This document shows, piece by piece, positions 25,388-34,527 of a stretch of DNA of 64,000 bases. The position numbers and the translations under genes are program-made. The stretch spans positions 331,388 through 395,387 of the forward strand of contig OZ251471.1 of assembly GCA_965242635.1 (NCBI GenBank), in the 5' to 3' direction. A model generated the notes under the pieces. The model made no database searches. It saw only the letters and a list, made by a program, of their open reading frames with translations, and had not been told where the DNA came from. Position 1 is the stretch's first letter. Each line of letters begins with the position of its first letter. This DNA comes from Bdellovibrionales bacterium (GTDB taxonomy: Bacteria; Bdellovibrionota; Bdellovibrionia; Bdellovibrionales; UBA1609).

Positions 25388-28264
25388 ATGAACAGAATAC
25401 CAATAAGAATATTTTTTCAAAGACAGAAGGGGGTTTTCAGAGTGAAGGCACTGTTGCTTTTTTGTTTTGTTACAGTGCTCAGTTTGATCTTTGTGTGTGG
25501 CCTATATGTGTTTTTCCTGATAAAAAAACTGCCTTCCGTCCAAAATTTAAAAGCCTATCACCCTCCTTTGCTGTCTGTGGTTTTGGACAGAAAAGGGCAA
25601 AAAGCCGGTGAATTTTTTAAGGAAAGACGGTTCCTGGTTCCCCATCAGGAACTGCCCGAAGTTTTAATCCAGGCTTTTGTGTCCGCAGAAGATGGTCGTT
25701 TTTTTGAGCACAAGGGGCTTAATGTCAAAGCCATTTTCCGGGCTTTTCTGGCCAACCTGAAAGCCGGCAAAAAAGTGCAGGGAGGATCCACCATCACTCA
25801 ACAGGTGGCCCGCTCCCTCCTGCTCTCCTCCGAAAAAACTTATAAAAGAAAGTTCAAGGAAGCCATACTGGCCTTAAGAATGGAAAAACATTTTACAAAA
25901 GAGGAAATCCTGTATCTTTACCTCAATCAGATTTATTTGGGACATGGGGCTTACGGGGTGGGCATGGCCGGAGAGATCTATTTCAGAAAAAAAGTTCAGG
26001 CTCTGAGTCTGGCCGAGTCCGCCATGCTGGCAGGTTTGCCCCAGGCCCCCAGCCGTTTCTCCCCCATCTACAACCCCCAAAAAGCCAAAGAAAGACAGAT
26101 ATACACCCTGAACAGAATGGTGGAGGAAAATTATATAGACCATGAAAAAGCCCAAAAGGCCAGTGCCCGGCCTCTGAAAGTGTTCTTAAGGGAAAAATAC
26201 CATGAAAAAGCCCCCTATTACATGGAAACCCTGAGACAAAGCCTTCTTCAAAAGGTGGACGAAAGCCAACTCCTCACCGGAGGGCTGACCATTAAAAGTG
26301 CCATGGATCTTTTTCTTCAAAAACAGGCCAGAGAAAGCTTGAGACAAGGGCTGAGAGATTTGGACAAAAGGCAGGGCTGGAGAGGGCCTTTGAAAAATAT
26401 AGAAAAGGAGGAGGACATTCAAACATTTTTTGAAAAAGAGGAAAAAAGCCTTGTGGAAAAAAGAAGAGAATTTCGTATTATCATGCCTCCCCGTCCGGCA
26501 GAAACCACAGAAAACCCAGAGAACACCGACTCCCTGACAGCAACACCTTCCTCAAATGAAACATCAAACAGAGATTCCACCCTGACAAAAGCAGAACAGG
26601 AATTAAGGAAAATCAAATCCGGCGAGATCATAAAAGCCTTGGTGAGAGAGGTGAGCGATGAAAATGAAAAAGTTTTGGTGGAACTTCCTTTTAAAAATTA
26701 TGGCCTTTTGCCTCTTCAAAATATGAAATGGGCCAGAAAACCGGACCCTAAAATCAGCTTTAAATTTTTTTCACTTAAAAAACCCTCCCTGGCCCTGAAC
26801 CAAGGGGATGTGATCCAGGTTCAGGTGGAAAAACAGCTGGAAAAAGAGGAATGTATTAAAACCAAAAACTGGTCCTATACAGAAAAACACAAACAAAATT
26901 CCAAAAAGGACTGTGGTTTTTTGCTTTCCCTGGAACAAGAGCCTTTGGTGGAAGGTGCACTTATTGCCTTTGAGCAAAAAACAGGGGATATACTGGCCCT
27001 TGTGGGAGGTTATGATTTTGAACGATCCCAATTTAACCGTGCCTATCAGGCCACCCGGCAAACAGGATCTGTATTCAAGCCCCTGGTTTACCTCTCTGCT
27101 CTGGCCAAAGGCTGGACCCCGGCCACCATCATAACAGATACACCCGTGGTGTATGAAAAAGAAGAGGCGGAGGAAATAAAAAACACAGGCAATAAAGAAA
27201 CAGAGGAAACATCAGATACATCAAACACAGAAGAAGAATACCAAACCTGGAAACCGGATAATTATGGCCGACGGTTTTCCGGAGATATTCTTTTCCGTAA
27301 CGGCCTTATTCGATCCATGAATGTGCCCACAGTCAAAATTATCGAAAATGTGGGCATTCCCTGGGTGAAAAACTACGCCCAAAGGCTTGGGATTTTCAGC
27401 CCCCTCAATCCTGACTACACTTTGGCCTTGGGGTCCAGCAGTGTCACCCTCTATGAAATGACAAAAGCCTTTGCCATCATAGGCCGGCTGGGAAAAACCA
27501 TCAAACCCATATTGTTGCATGAAGTGCTAAATACAAAAAATCAAAATCTGTCAGGGCCTTTAAGCCTTGATGAACGATTTGCAGAACAAAGAGAGGATTA
27601 TGAAAAATCCATGGAAGAAAAAAGAAAAGCATTTTTATCCTCCCAAAATACAGATACAAATGCAAACACAGACACAGACACAGACACAGATACAAACACA
27701 AATGCAAACACAGACACAGACACAAATAAAAAAAGAACCCCAAAAAGGCTTTCTTTTTTCTTTGATGATCCAGAGCAGTTGATATCCCAACAAACCGCTT
27801 TTATAATGACCACTTTACTTCAGGCTGTCATCCAGGACCCTCAGGGCACAGGCGGGAAAGCACGGGAGATGGACTGGCCCCTGGCAGGCAAGACCGGCAC
27901 CACCAACGGCTACTATGATGCCTGGTTTATTGGCTTCAGTCCCCAAATGGCGGTGGGGGTGTGGGTGGGCTTTGATGATGAAAAAAGCCTGGGTCATGGG
28001 GAGACCGGGGCCAGGTCCGCCCTCCCTGTGTGGCTTGATTTTATGCAAAAAGCCCATGCAGACATGGAAAAAGAGAAGTTTGAAATACCGGAGGGTATTG
28101 TCTGGACCCATATTGACAACAAAACGGGGAAATGGGTTTCCACTCTCTCCACTGATATCGTGCAACAGGCTTTTATAGAAGGCACTCAGCCACAGGAAGA
28201 AGAGGAAAACACAGAGGAAAACACAGAGGATCAAAAATTTTTAAGAGAGGATTTTGCCGAATAA
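25388..28264 (+). CDS. class A penicillin-binding protein (PBP1A: glycosyltransferase + transpeptidase)
   Basis: The GT51 domain shows EDGRFFEHKG and GGSTITQQ. The transpeptidase shows RQTGSVFKP and KTGTTN. Start at MNRIPIR after AAGAGGAAAG. Confidence 0.9.
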   Translation: MNRIPIRIFFQRQKGVFRVKALLLFCFVTVLSLIFVCGLYVFFLIKKLPSVQNLKAYHPPLLSVVLDRKGQKAGEFFKERRFLVPHQELPEVLIQAFVSAEDGRFFEHKGLNVKAIFRAFLANLKAGKKVQGGSTITQQVARSLLLSSEKTYKRKFKEAILALRMEKHFTKEEILYLYLNQIYLGHGAYGVGMAGEIYFRKKVQALSLAESAMLAGLPQAPSRFSPIYNPQKAKERQIYTLNRMVEENYIDHEKAQKASARPLKVFLREKYHEKAPYYMETLRQSLLQKVDESQLLTGGLTIKSAMDLFLQKQARESLRQGLRDLDKRQGWRGPLKNIEKEEDIQTFFEKEEKSLVEKRREFRIIMPPRPAETTENPENTDSLTATPSSNETSNRDSTLTKAEQELRKIKSGEIIKALVREVSDENEKVLVELPFKNYGLLPLQNMKWARKPDPKISFKFFSLKKPSLALNQGDVIQVQVEKQLEKEECIKTKNWSYTEKHKQNSKKDCGFLLSLEQEPLVEGALIAFEQKTGDILALVGGYDFERSQFNRAYQATRQTGSVFKPLVYLSALAKGWTPATIITDTPVVYEKEEAEEIKNTGNKETEETSDTSNTEEEYQTWKPDNYGRRFSGDILFRNGLIRSMNVPTVKIIENVGIPWVKNYAQRLGIFSPLNPDYTLALGSSSVTLYEMTKAFAIIGRLGKTIKPILLHEVLNTKNQNLSGPLSLDERFAEQREDYEKSMEEKRKAFLSSQNTDTNANTDTDTDTDTNTNANTDTDTNKKRTPKRLSFFFDDPEQLISQQTAFIMTTLLQAVIQDPQGTGGKAREMDWPLAGKTGTTNGYYDAWFIGFSPQMAVGVWVGFDDEKSLGHGETGARSALPVWLDFMQKAHADMEKEKFEIPEGIVWTHIDNKTGKWVSTLSTDIVQQAFIEGTQPQEEEENTEENTEDQKFLREDFAE
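27649..27727. repeat. ACAGAC-type hexanucleotide microsatellite inside PBP1A (TDTNANTDTDTDTDTN...)
   Basis: CAGATACAAATGCAAACACAGACACAGACACAGACACAGATACAAACACAAATGCAAACACAGACACAGACAC. Confidence 0.9.
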
Positions 28265-28390
28265 ACCAAACTGGCACGGGGCAGGCAAAACTTGCCCCGA
28301 GGGGTCTGCCTTTTGAAAAAGGTGCAACTTTTGGTGCGTATCCCTCCTGCAGGAAAGATAAGAAACATGCATTTTCAACAAGATCAGTTT
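28263..28390 (-). repeat. R1 element, full copy, reverse orientation, starting in the PBP1A stop codon
   Basis: AAACCAAACTGGCACGGGGCAGGCAAAACTTGCCCCGAGGGGTCTGCCTTTTGAAAAAGG...CATGCATTTTCAACAAGATCAG. Confidence 0.9.
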
Positions 28391-28415
28391 AAACATTAAA
28401 CCGGAAATTTGTCTT

Positions 28416-31262
28416 ATGTCACTACGATATATTAAAATCAAAGGGGCCAGGCAAAATAACCTGAAGGGCTTTGATTTGCAAATTCCCTTGCAGAAGTTTA
28501 CTGTGGTGTGTGGCCTCAGTGGATCGGGCAAAAGCTCCCTCGCTTTTGAAACTCTGTTTGCAGAAGGCCAAAGAAATTACACACAAACACTTTCCAACTA
28601 CAGCCGGCAGTATATCAATGAGATGGCCAAGCCCCTCATCGAAAGTATCGAAAATATCCCGCCCGCACTGGCTCTTCAGCAAAAAAACACCGTCCGCTCC
28701 GCCCGACCCACTGTGGCCACCCTGACAGAGCTGGACCATTTGTTTCGTCTGCTTTTTATGCACTCAGGCCAGGCCTTTTGCCCCGAACACAACACACCCC
28801 TTCGGTCCTTCTCCCCTCATCAGGGAGCACAGGAAATACAAAAACTTTTTCCAAAAGGCAAAGGCATTGTGTCTTTTCCGATCAAACTCCATCGCACAGG
28901 CCTCAACTGGCCGGGTTTAAAAAAAAAATTGCTCAAGGAGGGGCTGACCCGTGTATGGCAAAAACAGGACAACACCCGTGCCGGCTTACCCCTCCTCAAA
29001 GAAATAAACCAAATCAACCAATCTGCAAAAGAATTTTATGTGGTGGTGGATCGTCTTATGTTCAAAGACAGAGCACGCCTGACAGATTCCCTCAAGTCCG
29101 CCTACAAACTTTTTCTCAGATACAACAAAACCGAAAAAGCCGGTGAGGCTCTGATATCCCCCCACAAAGCCACCACAGAGAAAAAACTCAATCCAAAACA
29201 TGAAATATTCTTTTTAAGTGAAAGCCCCTCATGCCCCCATTGTGCTTATCGCTTTCCCTTTTATCCCTTTCCTTTGAGCCTTTTTAATTTTAATTCCTCT
29301 TTGGGTGCCTGCCCAACCTGCAAAGGTTTTGGCCACCAGCTGGCAGTGGACGAAAAAAAAGTGGTCCCTTATCCGGAAAAATCCATCATGGAAGGGGCCA
29401 TTATGCCCTGGACCACGCCCTCCACTTCATCGGAATTCAGAAGTCTGAAGCAGTTTTGCCGGAAAAAAAACATAGATCTCCACTGCCCCTGGAACAATCT
29501 TTCCACTGCTCACAAAAAAAAGATATGGAAAGGAGATGCCTCCTTTATGGGTATGGAGGGTTTTTTTGATTATTTGGAAAGAAAAAAATACAAAATGCAT
29601 GTTCGTGTTTTTTTGAATCGCTATAAAAGTGCTTTTTCCTGCCCGGACTGCAAGGGCCAAAGATTTAGAAAAGAACTGGCTTTTGTCCGGTGGCAAAACA
29701 AAACCATTATGGAATTTTACGATACGCATATTGGTGCTTTAAAGGAATTTTTTTTGTCCTGCACCCAAAATGAACACCCCCAGGCTTTCAGCCTGATCCG
29801 GAAAATCAGTTTTATTTTGAAGGTGCTGGACAATATTGGCCTCAGTTATCTTTCTCTTGGTCGCTCTGTCAAAACTCTTTCCAGCGGGGAGTTTCAACGG
29901 CTGAATTTGGCACACCAGATGGGTTTGGAGCTTTCACAGGTTCTGTATGTGCTGGATGAGCCCACCGTCGGGCTTCATGCTCAGGACAGCCAAAATCTTA
30001 TTCGTATGCTGAAAGACCTTTGCGACAAAGGCAATACAATGCTGGTGGTGGAGCATGATCCGGATCTCATAAGGCAGGCAGACTTTATTGTGGAAATGGG
30101 CCCTGGTTCTGGTTTTAAGGGTGGTGAGGTGGTTTTTCAGGGCACGAAAGAGGATTTTTTAAAATGCTCTCACTCCCTCACCAAGGCCGGGTTGGAAAAA
30201 CAAAAAGAATCCAAACCCCTGATTTTGCCAGTGGACTTTGAAAATCATAAATATTTTTTGGAAATATCCGGCTGTCAGGCCCACAACTTGAAAAATGTCT
30301 CTCTTCGTGTGCCCCTCAATCGTTTGGTGACTGTGACAGGAGTCAGCGGCTCCGGCAAATCCACTTTAATCAGCCAGACTCTGTATCCAGCTTTGGCCAA
30401 CATCCTTGGGTATGGAGGCATTAAAGGCCACCCCTTCAAAACTTTAAAAGGGGCGGAGCAGGTGCAAAAGGTGGTGTGGATTAACCCTGCACCAGTCAAA
30501 AATCAAAAAAACAGCCTCGTTGCCACTTATGCGGGTGTTTATGGCTTTATTCGACATGTCATGGCCCTTAATTGCCACCAAATGGGGAGGGAGGAAATTC
30601 CCTCCCGGCTTTTCAGCCTCAATGTGGAGGGGGGCCGTTGCCCGTCCTGCCGGGGCCTGGGGTATCAGGAGATAGACATGGTTTTTATGGACCCCATTCG
30701 GACACCTTGTGAAGAATGCCAGGGAAAAAGGTTCAAACAGGAGGTTTTGGACTTAAAATGGAAAAATAAAAACATGGACCAGATACTGAATATGACAGTG
30801 GACACGGCCAGTGAGTTTTTTGTGTCCAGTCCTTATATATGGAAGCCCCTCTCCTTTTTAAAAAAAGTGGGCCTGAATTATCTCCTGTTGGGGCAAACCT
30901 TAAGGACCCTGTCAGGGGGGGAATCCCAAAGGCTCAAACTGAGCCGGGAGCTGATGGGCCAGCCCAAAAACACCCTTTACATTATGGATGAACCCACTGT
31001 GGGGCTTCACTTTCGGGAAGTGGAGCTTTTGCTGTCTGTGTTGAGAGAGCTGATTCGACAGGGGGGCAGTGTTTTACTGATTGAACATCACCTGGATCTG
31101 ATTCAGCAATCTGATTTTATTATTGATATGGGGCCAGGGGCCGGCCCGGAAGGAGGAAAGATTATCGCCAAAGGAACCCCGTATGAGCTGGCTGAAAACC
31201 CTTTAAGTGTCACAGGGGCTTTTTTAAACCGGAACCAAAATAACAGTCGCACCGATCTCTGA
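28416..31262 (+). CDS. uvrA: excinuclease ABC subunit A
   Basis: KGARQNNLKGFDLQIP, GLSGSGKSSLAFETLFAEGQRNY, a second ABC module GVSGSGKSTL and LSGGESQRLKL. 948 aa. Confidence 0.9.
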   Translation: MSLRYIKIKGARQNNLKGFDLQIPLQKFTVVCGLSGSGKSSLAFETLFAEGQRNYTQTLSNYSRQYINEMAKPLIESIENIPPALALQQKNTVRSARPTVATLTELDHLFRLLFMHSGQAFCPEHNTPLRSFSPHQGAQEIQKLFPKGKGIVSFPIKLHRTGLNWPGLKKKLLKEGLTRVWQKQDNTRAGLPLLKEINQINQSAKEFYVVVDRLMFKDRARLTDSLKSAYKLFLRYNKTEKAGEALISPHKATTEKKLNPKHEIFFLSESPSCPHCAYRFPFYPFPLSLFNFNSSLGACPTCKGFGHQLAVDEKKVVPYPEKSIMEGAIMPWTTPSTSSEFRSLKQFCRKKNIDLHCPWNNLSTAHKKKIWKGDASFMGMEGFFDYLERKKYKMHVRVFLNRYKSAFSCPDCKGQRFRKELAFVRWQNKTIMEFYDTHIGALKEFFLSCTQNEHPQAFSLIRKISFILKVLDNIGLSYLSLGRSVKTLSSGEFQRLNLAHQMGLELSQVLYVLDEPTVGLHAQDSQNLIRMLKDLCDKGNTMLVVEHDPDLIRQADFIVEMGPGSGFKGGEVVFQGTKEDFLKCSHSLTKAGLEKQKESKPLILPVDFENHKYFLEISGCQAHNLKNVSLRVPLNRLVTVTGVSGSGKSTLISQTLYPALANILGYGGIKGHPFKTLKGAEQVQKVVWINPAPVKNQKNSLVATYAGVYGFIRHVMALNCHQMGREEIPSRLFSLNVEGGRCPSCRGLGYQEIDMVFMDPIRTPCEECQGKRFKQEVLDLKWKNKNMDQILNMTVDTASEFFVSSPYIWKPLSFLKKVGLNYLLLGQTLRTLSGGESQRLKLSRELMGQPKNTLYIMDEPTVGLHFREVELLLSVLRELIRQGGSVLLIEHHLDLIQQSDFIIDMGPGAGPEGGKIIAKGTPYELAENPLSVTGAFLNRNQNNSRTDL

Positions 31263-31303
31263 CTTTTCAGCACAAACTCCCTGTAGTGCTTAAGGAAGAG
31301 TGC

Positions 31304-32185
31304 TCAGGGAAGACGCCACCCTTTTTTGATTTGTGCCACCCCCTCCAGCAGAGAATCTATTTTCCTGTTTTGCTCCACTTCACCTTTCTGAGTGGTGCTT
31401 TCTGAACAGGCAGAACTTTTAAGCTCCAACAGGTTTTTTTCCATACTTTTAAGCAAGACAATCATATCCTCTGAAAGAGGCAGGCCCTGCATTATCATCT
31501 GGTCTTTTAAATTTCTTATTTCCCTGTCCTTTTCCGCCATTTTTTGCCTCTGATAATAAAGTTCTTTCTCCACTTTTTCCAAAAAATGCCTGAGATCTCT
31601 CAATATATCCGGCTTGATATTGATACTCAGGGGGGTTGAAAACAAAGGGACCTGCGTATCCTGATCCTCCCACTTGATTTGGACATAGTTTCTGATCCAT
31701 TTTACTTCCGCCTGGTTTTTCCCGGTATAAACAGGCAAAGCTTCCAGAGCGGATCGCAGGTATTCTGTCACAAAGGGAAAATCTTCAGAGGAGAGATTGG
31801 ACTTGAAACTCAAGAGGCCCGGCTCCTCCCTTTCATGAGTGAGTGAAAAGCCATCGGATACAAAATAAGACAAAAAAACAGGCAGATCAGAAAAAGCCGG
31901 CTGGGCGTCTTTCATCTTCAATATACTGTCCAAATCACCCCAGGCCCCCAATTCAAAACAGGAATGCCCCACACGGGCAAAAAAATCCTTGTCCCCCAAT
32001 TGGTCTGCGTATTCGTTCCTGAGTTTTTTCAGAAAAGATTCCACCTGATCCATGGGTAGCCACTGAGAGGGATCTTTTAAAAATTCCATCTCCATATCGG
32101 TCAATTCATACAGACGGGACACATCAAAGCCCCTGCCCCGTAAAAAACAATAAAAGGAGTGAGTGATTTTTCCGCTGACTCGCAT
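31304..32185 (-). CDS. hypothetical protein (globular ~190-aa N-domain + coiled-coil tail)
   Basis: 293-aa ORF, 75 nt downstream of the secretion ATPase gene. No motif recognised. Confidence 0.5.
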   Translation of the reverse strand: MRVSGKITHSFYCFLRGRGFDVSRLYELTDMEMEFLKDPSQWLPMDQVESFLKKLRNEYADQLGDKDFFARVGHSCFELGAWGDLDSILKMKDAQPAFSDLPVFLSYFVSDGFSLTHEREEPGLLSFKSNLSSEDFPFVTEYLRSALEALPVYTGKNQAEVKWIRNYVQIKWEDQDTQVPLFSTPLSINIKPDILRDLRHFLEKVEKELYYQRQKMAEKDREIRNLKDQMIMQGLPLSEDMIVLLKSMEKNLLELKSSACSESTTQKGEVEQNRKIDSLLEGVAQIKKGWRLP

Positions 32186-32259
32186 AACGGGGGCATTTTA
32201 CAACCAAAACCACCGTTTTGCCACATGTTTTTATTTGTTTTTGCCGGCCTCTGAGCTTT

Positions 32260-33378
32260 TCAGGCCACCCGCTTTGCTTTAAACTTTTCAGGGGGGAAAT
32301 TAAACTGATGATCCTGGATTTCATTCATAAAAGTGGGCAAAATGCCTGTCGGACGAATGGCTCCGGCGTAAGAACCATCCGCTTTTTTAACGAGCCGGCC
32401 CAAAGAATAAATGGGCTTGACCTGATACACCCCTTTGTCATTGACGCCCAGGACCTCGGCCACTGAACCAATGCGTCTGGAGCCATCCGGGTAGCGGGAT
32501 ATCTGGACGATAATATCGATGGCAGAACCAATCTGGTGCTGAAGAGCCTTTTCACTCAGTTGTGAGTCCGCCCCCTGAGCCAGGGCTTCCAACCGGACGA
32601 TGGCATCATGGGGGGAGTTGGCATGCACGGTGCCCAAACAGCCTTTATGCCCTGTGTTCATGGCCTGCACCAATTCCAGGGCCTCCCCGCCTCTCACCTC
32701 CCCCACAATAATCCGGTCCGGCCGGAGACGCAGGGAGCTTTTGAGCAGATCCTGAATGTTTACCTCCCCTTCCCCCATTTCATTGGCCATGCGGGTTTCG
32801 AAAAACACCACATGCTCGTATTCAATTTGCAGTTCGCTGGAGTCTTCGATCACGATCACCCTTTGTCCTTTGGGGATGCGGTTGCAGAGGACAGAGAGCA
32901 AAGTGGTTTTACCCGACCCGGTGCCACCACTCACCAACACATTTTTACCCAGTTTCATACAGATATCCAAAAAGCGGGCCACATCAAGGCTCATGGTGCC
33001 AAAGCGAATATAGTCTTCAAAAGTAAACTGCGTGGTGGAGAATTTACGGATGGCAATGGTGGTGCCTTTGCGGGCACAGGGGGGGATGACGACATGAATA
33101 CGGTAGCCGTTGGGGAGACGGGCATCCAGGCGAGGGGTTTTGTCGTCAATTCGGCGTCCCACACTTTGGGCAATATTGTTGGCGGCGGCCCGCACCGAAT
33201 CCTCATCAGAAAAACGGGCCTCAGACTTATGCACTTTCCCCGCTTTTTCCACCCATATTTCATCATGCCGGTTGATCATGACCTCTGTCACGGTCTCGTC
33301 CTTGAGCAGGCTCCATACAGGGGCCAGAAAGTTTTTAATGGCGGATTCAAACACCCCGCCAGAATTATTTTGGCTCAT
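32260..33378 (-). CDS. CpaF/VirB11-family secretion ATPase (orphan)
   Basis: Walker [14 protein letters not shown], Asp box [26 protein letters not shown] and His box [13 protein letters not shown]. Confidence 0.85.
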   Translation of the reverse strand: MSQNNSGGVFESAIKNFLAPVWSLLKDETVTEVMINRHDEIWVEKAGKVHKSEARFSDEDSVRAAANNIAQSVGRRIDDKTPRLDARLPNGYRIHVVIPPCARKGTTIAIRKFSTTQFTFEDYIRFGTMSLDVARFLDICMKLGKNVLVSGGTGSGKTTLLSVLCNRIPKGQRVIVIEDSSELQIEYEHVVFFETRMANEMGEGEVNIQDLLKSSLRLRPDRIIVGEVRGGEALELVQAMNTGHKGCLGTVHANSPHDAIVRLEALAQGADSQLSEKALQHQIGSAIDIIVQISRYPDGSRRIGSVAEVLGVNDKGVYQVKPIYSLGRLVKKADGSYAGAIRPTGILPTFMNEIQDHQFNFPPEKFKAKRVA

Positions 33379-33420
33379 ACTTGTTTTTATCGGTCATGAG
33401 GACAGAAAACATTATTTTTT

Positions 33421-33470
33421 GTCGCAAACCGACAGGCAAAAGTCGCCTGGAGTCGCTCAAAAGTCGGAAG
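33421..33470. repeat. R3-like 21-22-bp units in the leader of the ATPase gene
   Basis: GTCGCAAACCGACAGGCAAAA GTCGCCTGGAGTCGCTCAAAA GTCGGAAG. Confidence 0.65.
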
Positions 33471-33479
33471 AGGGCCATG

Positions 33480-33854
33480 TTATCGGCTTTGGAGGCGGGC
33501 GGAACGGCCTTTTCTTTGTCTCAGGTAAAAGAGCCTGCTCCGGCGCACTTTGGCCTGGCTTAGAGTCTCCACTTTTTGAACAGCAGGGCTGGCCAGAGGG
33601 AAACTTCTTTCCACACCCACTCCATCGGAGATTTTGCGCACAGTAAAGGACCGCACACTTTTTTGGCCTTGAATTTTCAGCACCACACCACTGAACACCT
33701 GTGTCCGCTCTTTGCCTGCTTCCTGAAAGCACACATGCACATTCACCGTGTCCCCCACCTGAGCGGAAAACTTAAGCTGTTTTTGTGTTTTGGAAACATA
33801 AGAATCCACTATATCCATTGTATTCTCCTTGGCACGATCGAAGAGGATAGCCAC
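33480..33854 (-). CDS. rplS: 50S ribosomal protein L19
   Basis: VGDTVNVHV...ERTQVFSGVVLKIQG...SFTVRKISDGVGVERSFPL. Confidence 0.95.
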   Translation of the reverse strand: MAILFDRAKENTMDIVDSYVSKTQKQLKFSAQVGDTVNVHVCFQEAGKERTQVFSGVVLKIQGQKSVRSFTVRKISDGVGVERSFPLASPAVQKVETLSQAKVRRSRLFYLRQRKGRSARLQSR

Positions 33855-33880
33855 GTCGACTTTGTCCCCCCCTTTGGGGG

Positions 33881-34234
33881 TGGTGGAGGCGACGAGAGTC
33901 GAACTCGTGTCCGCAAACCTTCCGCATTCAGGCTAACTACATACTTAGTCCCTGCTTAAAGGACCACTTTTATCGGCAGGAACACGATGAAAAGCGGTTT
34001 TTTACCAGCAGTTTTAAGTTTTGGACCCTGATAAAACAGACCAAAACCGAGATGGCCCAATCAACGCTTTCCACACCCTGCCATCGTAGGCATGGTCCAC
34101 GGCCACTCGTTTAAAATTAAGCGGCAAAAGCAACAGAGTTGCCAATTGGTTTTTGTGTATGTTTTTTAAGAGGTCCTCATACGCCTCTGTATGCTCCTTC
34201 AGCTTTATGACCTGCGTCAAAGCCACTCGCCCCC
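33881..34234 (-). ncRNA. ssrA: tmRNA (SsrA), tag (A)GNSVAFAA
   Basis: The 5' end GGGGGCGAGUGGCUUUGACGCAGG pairs with the 3' end UCGCCUCCACCA (G3:U present). T-arm is GAGUUCGACUCUC. The tag ORF GGC AAC TCT GTT GCT TTT GCC GCT TAA lies at 34143..34117. Confidence 0.85.
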
Positions 34235-34246
34235 AGATTTTTTTAC

Positions 34247-34275
34247 AAGTTAGCATGCTTACAGAGTCCTGTCAA
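34247..34275 (-). promoter_or_regulatory. sigma-70-type promoter candidate for ssrA
   Basis: The minus strand reads TTGACA-17 nt-TAACTT, ending 12 nt before the GGGGGCGA 5' end. Confidence 0.4.
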
Positions 34276-34527
34276 GCCTTTTGTCGCCCACCGATCGCCA
34301 GATTCCACACACAAAGCCTGCTCTGGGCCGATCCCACCCGCCTTTTGTCCTGTTTTTGGCCAAAAGGGGCTTGGAAAAAGAGGATTTTTTAAAGAAGCCC
34401 TGTCCTCCACCCGATACACTATACAGTTGGGCCTGAAAAAGCTTGATTTTTTTCCTGAGTCACAGGGTTTTTCAGGGCCAATTATATGGCGGTCGGTAAA
34501 AAACCCTGTTTTTGAGGGAGGACTCCA

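Noticed and set aside
32608-33399. 263-aa plus-strand ORF
   Set aside because: It is antisense to the CpaF/VirB11-type ATPase, whose Walker, Asp and His boxes are unambiguous.
34014-34256. 80-aa ORF on the minus strand
   Set aside because: It lies entirely within the tmRNA gene (33881-34234).
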